A stretch of 64,000 bases of DNA from an uncultured Pelagibacteraceae bacterium (GTDB taxonomy: Bacteria; Pseudomonadota; Alphaproteobacteria; Pelagibacterales; Pelagibacteraceae): assembly GCA_902551895.1 (NCBI GenBank), contig CACDEU010000001.1:4697-68696 (forward strand), in the 5' to 3' direction. A program made the translations under genes and the position numbers. This document shows positions 50,851-62,157 of the stretch, in pieces (the first letter of the stretch is position 1; each line of letters begins with the position of its first letter). The notes beneath the pieces were generated by a model. It saw nothing but the letters and a program-made list of their open reading frames with translations, made no database searches and was not told where the DNA came from.

Positions 50851-51838
50851 TTTTAAATTTATCCTTTAAAGTGCACACTGCTAAAGCAAATCTTAAAGAT
50901 CTATTCCATTTTAGTATTAATTCATAATTATCAAAAGTTAAATATGCAGGTTCAAGTAATTTTGAATTTTCCACAATATCTCTATCTGGAGTTATTATTC
51001 CAGTAATTAAATCTTCATTAACTTTAATATTTTCTTGACCTACTATATATTTTTTAAAGTATTTAAATTTCTTCTTATTTTTAATTTTTTTTGCTGAAGT
51101 ATTGAGATATTTAACAGGAATATTTTCTTTTAATTTAATTTTATAAAAACACGGATTATTTTTTTTCCATCCTAATTTATTTATATAGTTTGCTGCAGAT
51201 GCGAATGAATCTTTTGTAGATTTTAAATCAATTAAATTATCTCTATTATAGTCCAAAGCATAATTTTTTATTGTGGATGGCATAAATTGAAAATTACCAA
51301 AAGCTCCAGCCCATGATCCATACAAAATATCACTATCCACAACACCTGAATCAATTAATTTTAAAATTATAATTAGCTCTTTAGTAAAAAACTCACTACG
51401 CCTTTTATCAAAACTTAAGGTCGCCAAAGATGACAAGATATCCATTTTGCCTAAATACTTACCAAAATTAGTTTCAATCCCCATAAGAGATAATAGCAAC
51501 TCTTTTTCTACATTAAATTTATTCTCAATATCTAATATTAAGGGACTATTTTTAATATATAAATTTTTACCATTTGTTATTTTTTTTTGATTAGTTCTTT
51601 TTTCTATATATGTTTTCGTATCCTCATAAAACTCAGGTTGATATCTGTCATATTTAATAACATTTGGAAGAAATTTAACTTTTGACATTGTTTTGTCTAA
51701 AGTTTTTTTGGATATTCCTTGATTAATTGCATATTCTTTGAAAGATACAACCCAGCTATTAAAATCTTCTGCAAATGAATTTGTAAAATTATTTAAGTAT
51801 ATCAGTAAGATATAAAATAAAATTTTAATTATTTTCAT
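50840..51838 (-). CDS. Lytic murein transglycosylase (MltB family)
   Basis: QPEF, GIETNFG, GSWAGAFGNFQFMPS, SAANY, WNRS. Confidence 0.93.
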   Translation of the reverse strand: MKIIKILFYILLIYLNNFTNSFAEDFNSWVVSFKEYAINQGISKKTLDKTMSKVKFLPNVIKYDRYQPEFYEDTKTYIEKRTNQKKITNGKNLYIKNSPLILDIENKFNVEKELLLSLMGIETNFGKYLGKMDILSSLATLSFDKRRSEFFTKELIIILKLIDSGVVDSDILYGSWAGAFGNFQFMPSTIKNYALDYNRDNLIDLKSTKDSFASAANYINKLGWKKNNPCFYKIKLKENIPVKYLNTSAKKIKNKKKFKYFKKYIVGQENIKVNEDLITGIITPDRDIVENSKLLEPAYLTFDNYELILKWNRSLRFALAVCTLKDKFKNEL

Positions 51839-52703
51839 ACAAATCTCTTAAATAAATTAATACAGCAATCCATATCAAAATAAAACTTAAGAACTTATCT
51901 GTAGAAAAAGGTTCATTGTAATAGAAATAACCCAATAAAAATTGACTAGTTGGGGTAATAAAAAAAATCATTCCAGAAGAGCTAAGGCCACATTTTTCAA
52001 CACCTTTAATAAATAAGAATAAAGGAATCACAGTCATAGGACCTGCTAAAAAAAGATAAAACATAATTTTTGGGTTAGCAAAAGAAAAGTCGTTAAATCC
52101 TTTTTGATATATGAAATAAAAAAAAACAATAGCTACCGGTAAAATGAAGAGACTTTCAATAAGCAAACCTATGTCTGTTTCAACATTTATTAGTTTCCTT
52201 AAAAGATTATAAGTGGCCCATAAAATTGCTACCAATATTCCTATCCAAGGGAACATTGATAAATTAAATGCTAAATAAATTGAGGATACTATGACAATTA
52301 TAATTGAAAAAATTCTTTTTTTATTCAATTTTTCTTTTAAAAACAAATAATCAAAAAAAACAGTCAATATTGGAAATATAAAATATCCATAACTTGCATC
52401 AATAATTCTGTTAGTTGCAACTGCATAAATCCAAGCGGTCCAATTACCAAATATTAAAAAACTTGTTACAAATAATATAAAAAAATTTTTTTTATTAATT
52501 ATACTTTGCTTAACTAAGTACCATTTATTAAATATAAGAGTTGTTATAAGTAATATACAACTTGTCCAAATACATCTGTGAACAACAACTTCCAAAGTAC
52601 CAACAAAAGTAATAAATTGAAAAAAGTAAGTACCTAAGATGCCCCACCATAATGAACCTAGTGTGGCAGATAAAACTCCTTTTTTAAATTCTTCTTTATT
52701 CAT
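51825..52703 (-). CDS. rarD: EamA/RarD family transporter
   Basis: ASYGYFIFP, E..VHRCIW, multiple TM segments. Confidence 0.8.
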   Translation of the reverse strand: MNKEEFKKGVLSATLGSLWWGILGTYFFQFITFVGTLEVVVHRCIWTSCILLITTLIFNKWYLVKQSIINKKNFFILFVTSFLIFGNWTAWIYAVATNRIIDASYGYFIFPILTVFFDYLFLKEKLNKKRIFSIIIVIVSSIYLAFNLSMFPWIGILVAILWATYNLLRKLINVETDIGLLIESLFILPVAIVFFYFIYQKGFNDFSFANPKIMFYLFLAGPMTVIPLFLFIKGVEKCGLSSSGMIFFITPTSQFLLGYFYYNEPFSTDKFLSFILIWIAVLIYLRDLYENN

Positions 52704-52777
52704 AATAGTAGAAATGAATGCTTCTTATACTATTTTTTTATTGAATTTAATAATTTTACTTATAAAAACGTCGAAAC

Positions 52778-52867
52778 GGAGAGATGGCTGAGCGGTTGAA
52801 AGCACCGGTCTTGAAAACCGGCAAAGGGGCAACTCTTTCCTGGGTTCGAATCCCAGTCTCTCCGCCA
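52778..52867 (+). tRNA. tRNA-Ser(TGA)
   Basis: GGAGAGA acceptor, CCGGT-CT-TGA-AA-ACCGG, long variable arm, GGTTCGAATCC, encoded CCA. Confidence 0.97.
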
Positions 52868-53122
52868 TTAAATTTTAAAACTTTGAAAATTTTTAACCAG
52901 GCTAGTTAATGGTATATTGTCACTTAATATATTATTTTTAATGTTTTTTAGAACTTCATCATCTAAATTAACTAAATAATTCAATTCTTTTAATTCCTGT
53001 AAACTCAAATTATCAATTAATGATTTAACAAAACTTATCATTAATATATCCATTTCTTTACTACCTCTATAAGAAGCTCTGTATAATATTTTGCTTTTAA
53101 GTTCTTCTTTATTTTCCAACAT
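52868..53122 (-). CDS. sdhE: Succinate dehydrogenase flavinylation factor SdhE
   Basis: YRASYRGSKEMD (RGxxE motif); divergent from recG. Confidence 0.88.
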   Translation of the reverse strand: MLENKEELKSKILYRASYRGSKEMDILMISFVKSLIDNLSLQELKELNYLVNLDDEVLKNIKNNILSDNIPLTSLVKNFQSFKI

Positions 53123-53140
53123 CAATATATATATAAAAAA

Positions 53141-55180
53141 ATGAACAGTTATGAATATTTATTATCCGATATTAGTAACATAAAAGGTATTGGAACAAAA
53201 ACTTCAAAATTATTCAAAAAAAAGAATATTATTACAATATTCGATTTACTTTTAAGCTTGCCGCAAGATTCGATAGATAGGACAAATTTAGTTAAAATTA
53301 ACGAATTACAGATAGGTAAAGTACAAACAGTTACCCTAAATGTCAGAAAATATAATTTTCCAAGAATTAGAAATTTACCTAATAGAGTTTTGTGTGATGA
53401 TGAAACGGGAAAATTAGAATGTGTATTTTTTAATAGCTATGAAGGATATATTAAAAAAATCTTACCAATAGGCTCGCCTGTTACAATTAGTGGCAAAGTT
53501 GGTTACTATAAAAAAAAATATCAAATAACAAATCCAACACATATATCGTCAGATGTTAACTCAATAAAAAAAATATTTAGTAGTTATAGCCTTACAGATG
53601 GTCTTACAGAAAAAAAATATAATAAAATAATTGATACTGTATTAAAAAATATTCCAGATTTAGATGAATGGTTAAGTGATGAGATTTTAAAAAAATTTAA
53701 GTATATTAAATGGAAGAAATCAATTTTAGAGTTACATAATCCAAAAAACGTTAAAAAAAAAGGTAACTTTTTGAATAGATTAATATTTGATGAAATATTA
53801 TCAACTTTCTTGATCAATTCCAAAATAAGAAAAAATATAAAAAAAAACAAAAAAATTAAAAAAAAATTTAATACGGATGAGTTTGTTAAAATAAAAAACA
53901 AGATTAATTTTGAGTTAACAAATGATCAGTTATTAGCGATCGATCAAATTAATAATGATTTAAAATCAAATCAAAAAATGTTTAGGCTTTTACAAGGTGA
54001 TGTGGGAAGTGGTAAAACAATTGTTGCATTAATTGCTTCTATCAATGTTATATCAAGTGGATTTCAAGTCTGTTTAATGGCACCAACAGAAATACTTGCC
54101 AAACAACATTATAATCTTGCAAAAAAATTGTATGATAAAAATATTAATATAAAACTATTAACCAGCAAAACTGATCTCAAAGAAAGAAAAGAAATTCTTA
54201 AAAATCTTAATAATAACAATATAAATATTATCTTTGGAACACACTCTCTTTTTCAAGAAAAAATTAAATATAGTAATCTTGGCATGGTAATTATTGATGA
54301 ACAGCATAAATTTGGAGTTAAACAAAGAAAAAGGCTGTCTGACAAAGGTGGAAAAAATTGTGATATACTTGTAATGTCAGCTACTCCAATTCCTAGAACT
54401 ATGATAATGACAGTTTTTGGCGATATGGATACATCAATAATTAAAAATAAGCCTAAAAATAGAAAAGAAATAATAACTTATAGTAAATTAGAAAATAAAA
54501 TTGATGAGATTATTAAATTTACACAAAAACAAATTAGTCAACAAAATCAAGTATTCTGGATTTGTCCTTTAATTGAAGAGTCAAAAAAAATAGATCATCA
54601 ATCTTCAGTAAAAAGATATGAAAGTTTAAAAAAAATATTTAATAATAAGGTTGGTCTTTTGCATGGAGCGTTAGATAGTGAAGAAAAAAATATTATATTA
54701 CAAAAATTTTTAAATAAAAAAATAGATATTTTAGTTTCCACAACAGTTATTGAGGTTGGTATTGATTTCCCTAATGCAAATACAATAATAATTGAAAATG
54801 CCAACAAATTCGGTCTATCGCAATTACATCAATTAAGAGGAAGAGTTGGACGTGGCAACAAAGAATCCTATTGCATTTTAATGTTTAAATCGAATTTGAG
54901 CGAAAATGCTAAAAAAAGAATAAATATTTTAAAGAGTACAAATGATGGCTTTAAAATATCTGAAGAAGATATGAAATTACGTGGTTATGGAGATCTTTTA
55001 GGATTTAAACAAAGTGGCTTACAAAGTTTTAGATTAGCTGATCCAGTTCTAAATGAAGATCTATTTTTACTAGCTGATAGAGAGGTTAAAAAAATAGAAT
55101 TAAGCGATAATAACTTAAATAAATATATGAATCTGTTAAAGTTATATGACAGGGCTGATATTTTGAATGATCTTGTCTAA
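53141..55180 (+). CDS. recG: ATP-dependent DNA helicase RecG
   Basis: QGDVGSGKT, DEQHKFG, MSATPIPRT, QLRGRVGRG. Confidence 0.97.
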   Translation: MNSYEYLLSDISNIKGIGTKTSKLFKKKNIITIFDLLLSLPQDSIDRTNLVKINELQIGKVQTVTLNVRKYNFPRIRNLPNRVLCDDETGKLECVFFNSYEGYIKKILPIGSPVTISGKVGYYKKKYQITNPTHISSDVNSIKKIFSSYSLTDGLTEKKYNKIIDTVLKNIPDLDEWLSDEILKKFKYIKWKKSILELHNPKNVKKKGNFLNRLIFDEILSTFLINSKIRKNIKKNKKIKKKFNTDEFVKIKNKINFELTNDQLLAIDQINNDLKSNQKMFRLLQGDVGSGKTIVALIASINVISSGFQVCLMAPTEILAKQHYNLAKKLYDKNINIKLLTSKTDLKERKEILKNLNNNNINIIFGTHSLFQEKIKYSNLGMVIIDEQHKFGVKQRKRLSDKGGKNCDILVMSATPIPRTMIMTVFGDMDTSIIKNKPKNRKEIITYSKLENKIDEIIKFTQKQISQQNQVFWICPLIEESKKIDHQSSVKRYESLKKIFNNKVGLLHGALDSEEKNIILQKFLNKKIDILVSTTVIEVGIDFPNANTIIIENANKFGLSQLHQLRGRVGRGNKESYCILMFKSNLSENAKKRINILKSTNDGFKISEEDMKLRGYGDLLGFKQSGLQSFRLADPVLNEDLFLLADREVKKIELSDNNLNKYMNLLKLYDRADILNDLV

Positions 55181-55797
55181 GTCTTTGGATTAGATGTACC
55201 AGCAGAAACTATAAATTTTGAAGCTTCTTCAAAACTCATATCCAAATATATAATTTCATTTTTAGGAAACATTAGCAAAAAACCACTTGTGGGATTTGGT
55301 GTGGTTGGAACAAAAACGTTAACTAAATTACTATTTGTTTTTTTACTAATCTCACCTTTGTTATCCTTCGTCGCAAATCCTACTGCCCAGGAACCCTTTC
55401 TAGGATATTCAACTAATACAACGCTCTTTTTTTTACCTTTTTTATTAGCAAATGACTCTGTCATTTGGCCTATTGCTGAATATATAGTTCTTAGAAAAGG
55501 TATTTTTTTTAATAAATCATTTATTAATTTCAAGATTCTTTTTCCTATAAAGGACAGGGAAATAAATCCAATTAATGTAATAAAAATTATAGATAAAGCA
55601 ATTTCTAGGCCTGGTATTGAAAATGGCAGATAACTATTTGGATTAATTTCGGATGGTATAAGTTTTGAAGAAATAGAAATTAAAAAAATTGTTAAATATA
55701 AAGTAAATCCTATTGGCACTAAAACTATAATTCCAGTAATAAAATAGTTTCTTAATCTGGCAACAAAAGATGGTTTTTTAATTCTAATTTTTTTCAT
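55177..55797 (-). CDS. DUF502 family membrane protein
   Basis: RNYFITG, VLVEYPRKG, VFVPTTPNPTSGF. Confidence 0.92.
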   Translation of the reverse strand: MKKIRIKKPSFVARLRNYFITGIIVLVPIGFTLYLTIFLISISSKLIPSEINPNSYLPFSIPGLEIALSIIFITLIGFISLSFIGKRILKLINDLLKKIPFLRTIYSAIGQMTESFANKKGKKKSVVLVEYPRKGSWAVGFATKDNKGEISKKTNSNLVNVFVPTTPNPTSGFLLMFPKNEIIYLDMSFEEASKFIVSAGTSNPKT

Positions 55798-55901
55798 TGT
55801 GAATCTAGTTATTTTATAGCAAATATTTTGATTAAATCGAGTATATCATTTAAATATAATGTTGCTCTTTATATCTATTATTAATAAATTCGACTAATTA
55901 A

Positions 55902-56729
55902 ATGCATAGAAGATTATTTTTACAAGCTTTGGGATGTGGTTGTTTATCCTTAGGACTCTCTTCCTGTTCAACGGTCCCTATTACAGATAGAAAACAATTA
56001 AAGCTAATTCCAGAAACTAAACTTAATTCTCAAGCAGCACAAATCTATGAAAAAATTAAAGAAAAAGAAAAACTAAGTGATGACATTAGGCAACTTAATG
56101 AAATAAAAGAAATTGGAAAAAGAATGGAATATTCAATTAGTGAATATTTTGAAAAATCAAACATAGATAATCCTGCTTCAAAATTTGATTGGGAATATAT
56201 TTTAATAGATAACAAAAAAGTTAAAAATGCGTGGTGTATGCCTGGAGGTAAAATTGCAGTTTACACAGGAATATTAGATGTAACAAAAAATAAAAATGGA
56301 CTTGCGGCTGTTATGGGTCATGAAATTGCACATGCAGTAGCAAAACATTCTGTTGAAAGAGCTAGTCGTAATGTTGCTACAAATGTTGTTCTACAAGTTA
56401 CTGACATTTTATCTGGTGGTAAACTTTCAACAGTTAATAGAACGACTGGAATGAATACTGTTGGTTTATTAACACAAATGGGAATATTAAATCCTTTTAA
56501 TAGAAAGCAAGAAAGCGAAGCTGATTATTTGGGATTAATATTTTCATCTTTATCAGGATATGACATTAGAGAAGCACCGAAAATTTGGGAAAGAATGAAG
56601 AAATCTCAAAAAGGTAAAGAACCACCAGAGTTTATGAGTACTCACCCATCATCAGATAATAGAATTAAAAAACTTAATGATTGGATGAATGAAGTTACAA
56701 TAAATTTTCCACCTATAGAACAGGCTTGA
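55902..56729 (+). CDS. M48 family metallopeptidase, probable Tat lipoprotein
   Basis: NAWCMPGG, HEIAH, ESEAD, STHP; N-terminal HRRLFL and lipobox LSSC. Confidence 0.92.
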   Translation: MHRRLFLQALGCGCLSLGLSSCSTVPITDRKQLKLIPETKLNSQAAQIYEKIKEKEKLSDDIRQLNEIKEIGKRMEYSISEYFEKSNIDNPASKFDWEYILIDNKKVKNAWCMPGGKIAVYTGILDVTKNKNGLAAVMGHEIAHAVAKHSVERASRNVATNVVLQVTDILSGGKLSTVNRTTGMNTVGLLTQMGILNPFNRKQESEADYLGLIFSSLSGYDIREAPKIWERMKKSQKGKEPPEFMSTHPSSDNRIKKLNDWMNEVTINFPPIEQA

Positions 56730-56738
56730 AATTTTTAA

Positions 56739-56814
<76 letters not shown>

Positions 56815-56861
56815 AACGACGTTTCTTATATTGATTTTTTTTATTTAATCAATGTTAAATA

Positions 56862-57974
56862 TTATAGCTTATTTATATATTTATCGTGAAATTGTTGAAA
56901 TGTCCCATTTTTAATATTTTTTCTTATCGCAGCCATTAACTCTTGGTAAAAATTTATATTATGTAAAGTTAACAACATTGAAGCAAGAATTTCATTGGTG
57001 TTAAATAAATGATTTAAATAATTTTTAGAATATTTATTTAAATCAAATTTACTTGTATTGATATCTAATGGGCTATTATCACTTTGATATTTTGAATTTC
57101 TTATATTAATACGTCCATTCCATGTGAAAGCCAAGCCTGTTCTACCAGACCGTGTTGGCAAGACACAATCAAACATATCAACACCTCTTTTAACAGCACC
57201 CAGAATATCAGATGGTGTACCAACGCCCATTAAATATCTTGGTTTATCATTAGGAATCAAATTTGTAATATCATCTAAAACTTTAAACATTTCTTTTTGA
57301 CTCTCCCCTACAGCTAATCCACCTATAGCATATCCATTAAAATCAATTTTGACCAAATGTTCTAATGATTTAATTCTTAGATCCTTAAATAGACCGCCTT
57401 GTATTATTCCAAAAATAGCCTTATGAGGATTATTACCGAAAGCTTTTTTTGATCTATCGGCCCAGTACATTGATAAATCCATAGAATTTTTAATTTTTTT
57501 GTAATCTTTACTTTTTTTTGGACATTCATCCATAACCATTACGATGTCAGAATTAATTGATTTTTGAATTCTTATACTTTCTTCTGGGCTTAATATAAAT
57601 TTTTTACCGTCTATATGTGATTGAAATATTGCTCCTTTTTCTCTATCAATTTTATTTAATTTAGATAGAGACATAACTTGAAAACCACCTGAATCAGTAA
57701 GTATAGGTAGTTTGCAATTCATAAATTTATGTAAACCACCAAATGATTCAATTCTTTCAACACCGGGCCTAATCATCAAATGATATGTATTTGATAATAT
57801 TATTTGACTACCAGTTTCAATCACATCATTGATAAATGCACCTTTTATCGTAGCTTGAGTTCCAACAGGCATAAAGGCAGGTGTGTCTACATTGCCTCTA
57901 TGAGTTTTAATTATTCCTAGTCTTGCTTGTTTATCATTTTCAATAACATTAAAATTAAACTTTTTTAATGCCAT
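56862..57974 (-). CDS. tgt: tRNA-guanine transglycosylase
   Basis: TPAFMPVGT, NTYHL, TDSGGFQV, GGLAVGE, DMFDCVLPTR. Confidence 0.96.
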   Translation of the reverse strand: MALKKFNFNVIENDKQARLGIIKTHRGNVDTPAFMPVGTQATIKGAFINDVIETGSQIILSNTYHLMIRPGVERIESFGGLHKFMNCKLPILTDSGGFQVMSLSKLNKIDREKGAIFQSHIDGKKFILSPEESIRIQKSINSDIVMVMDECPKKSKDYKKIKNSMDLSMYWADRSKKAFGNNPHKAIFGIIQGGLFKDLRIKSLEHLVKIDFNGYAIGGLAVGESQKEMFKVLDDITNLIPNDKPRYLMGVGTPSDILGAVKRGVDMFDCVLPTRSGRTGLAFTWNGRINIRNSKYQSDNSPLDINTSKFDLNKYSKNYLNHLFNTNEILASMLLTLHNINFYQELMAAIRKNIKNGTFQQFHDKYINKL

Positions 57975-57984
57975 TAAATTAAAC

Positions 57985-58545
57985 TTACAAAGATTTAAAA
58001 CTTATAATTTTATCTGGGTCAGTAACAGAACCATTTTGACCATCACCCTTTTTAATTTTATCAACATGTTCCATACCTTCAATTACCTTTCCAAATACAG
58101 TATAATTTCTATCTAAAAAAGGTGCTGGCTCAAAACATATGAAAAATTGACTATTTGCACTATTAGGGTCAGATGATCTTGCCATTGAAACAGTTCCTTT
58201 TTCATGTGGCAAGTCATTAAACTCAGCAGGTAAATCCGGTAAGTCAGAACCGCCCATACCAGCTTTTCTTAAATCAAAATTTTCTGAGGAAGAGTTGCCA
58301 AACTTTACGTCACCTGTTTGAGCCATAAATCCATCTATTACTCTATGAAAAACTACATTGTCATATGAGCCATCACTAGCGAGTTTTTTTATTCTTTCCA
58401 CATGTTTTGGTGCAACATCTGGAAATAATTCGATTTTAACATCTCCATCTTTAAGCTTTAATATCATTATATTCTCCTTTGAATAAGCATTATTAAAAAA
58501 TATCAAGTTAATAATAAATATAATACTAACAAGATATTTATTCAT
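57985..58545 (-). CDS. Cyclophilin-type peptidyl-prolyl isomerase (exported)
   Basis: FHRVIDGFMAQTGD, SMAR, SANSQFFI, YTVFG. Confidence 0.95.
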   Translation of the reverse strand: MNKYLVSIIFIINLIFFNNAYSKENIMILKLKDGDVKIELFPDVAPKHVERIKKLASDGSYDNVVFHRVIDGFMAQTGDVKFGNSSSENFDLRKAGMGGSDLPDLPAEFNDLPHEKGTVSMARSSDPNSANSQFFICFEPAPFLDRNYTVFGKVIEGMEHVDKIKKGDGQNGSVTDPDKIISFKSL

Positions 58546-59032
58546 ATTTTTTTTTTAATGAATGAATTGTACTTTTGGTAGTAAATTTTTTTATATCTCC
58601 ATTTAAATCTGCAATTTCTTTTATTAACCTAGATGAAATAATTTGATTTTTAACATCTGACATTAAAAATATTGTTTCAATATTGTTGTTAAGTTTTCTA
58701 TTCATACCAGCTAATTGAAATTCATATTCAAAATCTGATACAGCCCTTAAACCTCTTAATATTATATTAGATTTATATTTTTTACACAAATCAGTAGTAA
58801 GAGAGTCAAATGAAATTACTTTTATTTTATTTTTATTTAATCTAAGATCTGAAAAAAGTGCTTTGTTTACAATATCGATTCTCTCATCAATAGAAAATAA
58901 ATTATTTTTTTGATTATAATTTGATATAGCAACAATAATTTTATCAAAAATTTTTAAGGATTTTTGGATTACATCAATATGACCGTAAGTAATTGGATCA
59001 AAAGTCCCAGGGTATATTGCTGTTTTTTTCAT
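58538..59032 (-). CDS. coaD: Phosphopantetheine adenylyltransferase
   Basis: YPGTFDPITYGH, RGLRAVSDFEYE, ISS. Confidence 0.97.
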   Translation of the reverse strand: MKKTAIYPGTFDPITYGHIDVIQKSLKIFDKIIVAISNYNQKNNLFSIDERIDIVNKALFSDLRLNKNKIKVISFDSLTTDLCKKYKSNIILRGLRAVSDFEYEFQLAGMNRKLNNNIETIFLMSDVKNQIISSRLIKEIADLNGDIKKFTTKSTIHSLKKKYE

Positions 59033-61611
59033 TAGACTAAATTATCATCAATTTTTATTGCAGAAACAACTTTTTCTTCTCCAGATAGTTTAATTATTCT
59101 AACACCTTGAGTGTTCCTACCTGCAATTCTAATTTCTTTTACTGCTGTTCTGATTACTCTACCTTTGTTAGTAGATATTAAAATTTCATCGCCTTCATTT
59201 ACAGGAAATGATGATGAAACATTGCCATTTCTTGATGAATTCACAATACCTATAATTCCTTTTCCACCTCTATTTGTAACTCTATAATCTTTATGATCTG
59301 ATCTTTTTCCATAACCATTTTCAGTTATTGATAATATAAATTTTTCTTTAGCTATTAATTCAGCTTTTTGAGTTTTATCTAGTTTTCCATTTTTTTTAGT
59401 ATTATCGTGGTTAATAATTGACAAAGAGACAATATTATCTTCTGGTTTAAGGTTAATGCCTCTTATTCCTTTAGATGATCTACCTTTGAAAACTCTGAGT
59501 TTTTTTGACTCAAACCTAATACATTTACCCAACTTAGTACTTAAAATTATATCTTGATCATCTTTACAAATTTTAACACCAACAATTTTGTCATTATTGT
59601 CTAATTTCATTGCAATTTTTCCAGAAGTATTTATTGATGAAAAATCTTCTAGATTATTTTTTCTTATTTTTCCGTTTGAGGTCGCAAAAATTATATACAT
59701 GCCCTTTGAGTCTGTGTTTTGATCAGGATAAGGCATGATAGAACTGATAGACTGATGACTCTTTAGTGGTAAAATATTAAACAATGACTTGCCTCTAGAA
59801 GAAGATGAACCTTCTGGTATTTTCCAAGCTTTTAACCTATAAACTAAACCTTCTGTAGAAAAAAATAATACCTGCGTATGTGTATTAACTGATAAAGTTT
59901 GAACAACAGAATCCTCTTCTCTTGTTATAATTCCTGTTTTTCCTTTACCGCCTCTTTTTTGCTGTTTAACAGTACTGAGAGCTCCTCTTTTAATATATCC
60001 TTGCAATGTAACAGTTATTATTACACTTTCTTTTTGGATTGTTTCTTCAATATCATAATTTAATATAGCATCAATTATTTGAGTTCTTCTTGGAACAGAA
60101 AATTTATCTTTTATTAATTTTAATTCATTGCTTATAACTTTAAGCAATTCTTTTCTTGAATTTAATATTTTTTTGAATTGAGTTATTAAATCAGATAATT
60201 TATTTATCTCTAGTTCTATTTCGTTTATACCAAGTGCAGTTAGTTTCTGAAGTCTTAATTCTAAAATGGCATTAACCTGTGGTTCAGTAAGAATATAGGT
60301 TGAAGAATTTTTTTTGTTTTCAATTAACTTAATAAACTTTTGAGATTTTGAACATTTCCATTTATTTTTTATTAAAATATTTTTTGCATCTTCAGGTGTT
60401 TTGGATGAACGAATAATTTTTATTATTTTATCTAAGTTTTCTACTGAGATTGATAATCCAATTAAAATATGTGCTCTGTCTTCAGCTTTTTTTAAATCAA
60501 ATTTTGTTTTTTTAATTACAACATTTTCACGGAATATTAAAAAATGTTCTAAAAATTCTTTAAGATTACAAGTTTTTGGTTTTTTATTTACTATTGCTAA
60601 AGTATTGAAACCAAAAGAACTTTCGATTGATGTAAATTTAAATAATTGTCTTTTTATAGTTTCAGGTTCTACTCCTGTTCTCAAATCTATAGCAACTCTA
60701 ATACCCTCCCTATTGGATTCATCTCTAATATCTCTTATTCCTTCAATTTTTTTTTCTCTTACTAAGTCAGCTATTCTTTCATTTAATACTGATTTATTTA
60801 CTTGATAAGGAATTGATGTGATTACAAGACGATCTCTATTATTTTTTAAATTTTCTACTTTAATTTCACCTCTAATTTTAAACGACCCTCTTCCTGTTTT
60901 GTAGCCTTCCTTTATAATATTTTTACCAATAATAATTCCTCCTGTTGGAAAATCTGGACCTGGAATATGTTTCATTAATTCTTTTATTTTTATTTCTTTA
61001 TTGTTGATTAGTGCAAGCGTTCCATCAATAATTTCACCTAAATTGTGTGGTGGAATACTTGTAGCCATTCCTACCGCAATTCCTCCCGCACCATTTACAA
61101 GTAAATTAGGATATTGAGCAGGTAAAACTGTTGGTTCATTTTCTGTTTCGTCATAATTACTTTTAAATTCAACTGTATTTTTTTCAATATCATCAATTAA
61201 ATATTGAGAAACTTTTGCTAGTTTGGTTTCTGTATATCTCATTGCTGCTGGTGGATCGCCATCTATTGATCCAAAATTTCCTTGTCCATCTATAAGTGGT
61301 AAGCTCATAGAAAAATTTTGAACCATTCTTACCAAAGCATCGTATACAGCTTGGTCCCCATGGGGATGGTATTTACCAATTACATCCCCTACTATTCTTG
61401 CAGATTTTCTAAATTGTTTTGACCAGTCAAAACCTCCTTTATGCATAGCATAAATGATTCTTCTGTGTACAGGTTTTAAACCATCTCTAATATCAGGTAG
61501 GGCCCTACTAATTATTACACTCATTGCATAGGACAAATATGATGAACTCATTTCATCATACATTGAAACAGTTTTTATATTTTGATTTTTAGTAATTTCG
61601 TCTTTTTGCAT
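59032..61611 (-). CDS. gyrA: DNA gyrase subunit A
   Basis: [23 protein letters not shown], GyrA-box QKRGGKG. Confidence 0.98.
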   Translation of the reverse strand: MQKDEITKNQNIKTVSMYDEMSSSYLSYAMSVIISRALPDIRDGLKPVHRRIIYAMHKGGFDWSKQFRKSARIVGDVIGKYHPHGDQAVYDALVRMVQNFSMSLPLIDGQGNFGSIDGDPPAAMRYTETKLAKVSQYLIDDIEKNTVEFKSNYDETENEPTVLPAQYPNLLVNGAGGIAVGMATSIPPHNLGEIIDGTLALINNKEIKIKELMKHIPGPDFPTGGIIIGKNIIKEGYKTGRGSFKIRGEIKVENLKNNRDRLVITSIPYQVNKSVLNERIADLVREKKIEGIRDIRDESNREGIRVAIDLRTGVEPETIKRQLFKFTSIESSFGFNTLAIVNKKPKTCNLKEFLEHFLIFRENVVIKKTKFDLKKAEDRAHILIGLSISVENLDKIIKIIRSSKTPEDAKNILIKNKWKCSKSQKFIKLIENKKNSSTYILTEPQVNAILELRLQKLTALGINEIELEINKLSDLITQFKKILNSRKELLKVISNELKLIKDKFSVPRRTQIIDAILNYDIEETIQKESVIITVTLQGYIKRGALSTVKQQKRGGKGKTGIITREEDSVVQTLSVNTHTQVLFFSTEGLVYRLKAWKIPEGSSSSRGKSLFNILPLKSHQSISSIMPYPDQNTDSKGMYIIFATSNGKIRKNNLEDFSSINTSGKIAMKLDNNDKIVGVKICKDDQDIILSTKLGKCIRFESKKLRVFKGRSSKGIRGINLKPEDNIVSLSIINHDNTKKNGKLDKTQKAELIAKEKFILSITENGYGKRSDHKDYRVTNRGGKGIIGIVNSSRNGNVSSSFPVNEGDEILISTNKGRVIRTAVKEIRIAGRNTQGVRIIKLSGEEKVVSAIKIDDNLV

Positions 61612-61616
61612 AAAAA

Positions 61617-62066
61617 CTAAAATGGAATATCATCATCCAATTCGTTTTGTGGTGTTTGGATATCCTGATCAAAATTTTGCTTGTTATCTTGAGAAGGAAC
61701 TGAATTTTGATTACCACCGCCAAGCATAGTTAATGAAGAATTAAAACCTTGAATTACAACTTCTGTTGAATATTTGTCTTGTCCACTTTTCTCATCTTTC
61801 CATTTTCGAGTATTTAATTGTCCTTCAATATAAACTTGAGCCCCTTTTTTTAAATATTGTTGAACTACATTAACAAGTCCTTCATTGAAAACTACAACTC
61901 TGTGCCACTCAGTTTTTTCCTTTTTTTCACCAGTGTTCTTGTCTTTCCAAGACTGGCTCGTTGCTAAGCTCAATCTGGCTACACTTTTGCCATTTACCAT
62001 TTGTTTTATTTCAGGGTCTGCGCCTAATCGACCTATTAATAATACTTTATTTAAACTTCCTGCCAT
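61617..62066 (-). CDS. ssb: Single-stranded DNA-binding protein
   Basis: [16 protein letters not shown]-terminal DDDIPF. Confidence 0.98.
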   Translation of the reverse strand: MAGSLNKVLLIGRLGADPEIKQMVNGKSVARLSLATSQSWKDKNTGEKKEKTEWHRVVVFNEGLVNVVQQYLKKGAQVYIEGQLNTRKWKDEKSGQDKYSTEVVIQGFNSSLTMLGGGNQNSVPSQDNKQNFDQDIQTPQNELDDDIPF

Positions 62067-62157
62067 ATAAAATTAAATTTTTTTGATTTGATTTATGTAT
62101 ATATATAACACATTTTTAACTGAATATTAATTTAATTAAATTAATGCAACAAAAATT

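Noticed and set aside
61340-61370. GyrA QRDR GDQAVYD (Gln at the E. coli Ser83 position) as acquired quinolone resistance
   Set aside because: Non-Ser residues here are natural variation in alphaproteobacteria; no sign of acquired resistance.
62116-62130. CtrA box (TTAA-N7-TTAA) or LexA box between ssb and uvrA
   Set aside because: TTAA-N7-TTAA is expected by chance at this AT content, and no alphaproteobacterial GTTC-N7-GTTC SOS box is present.
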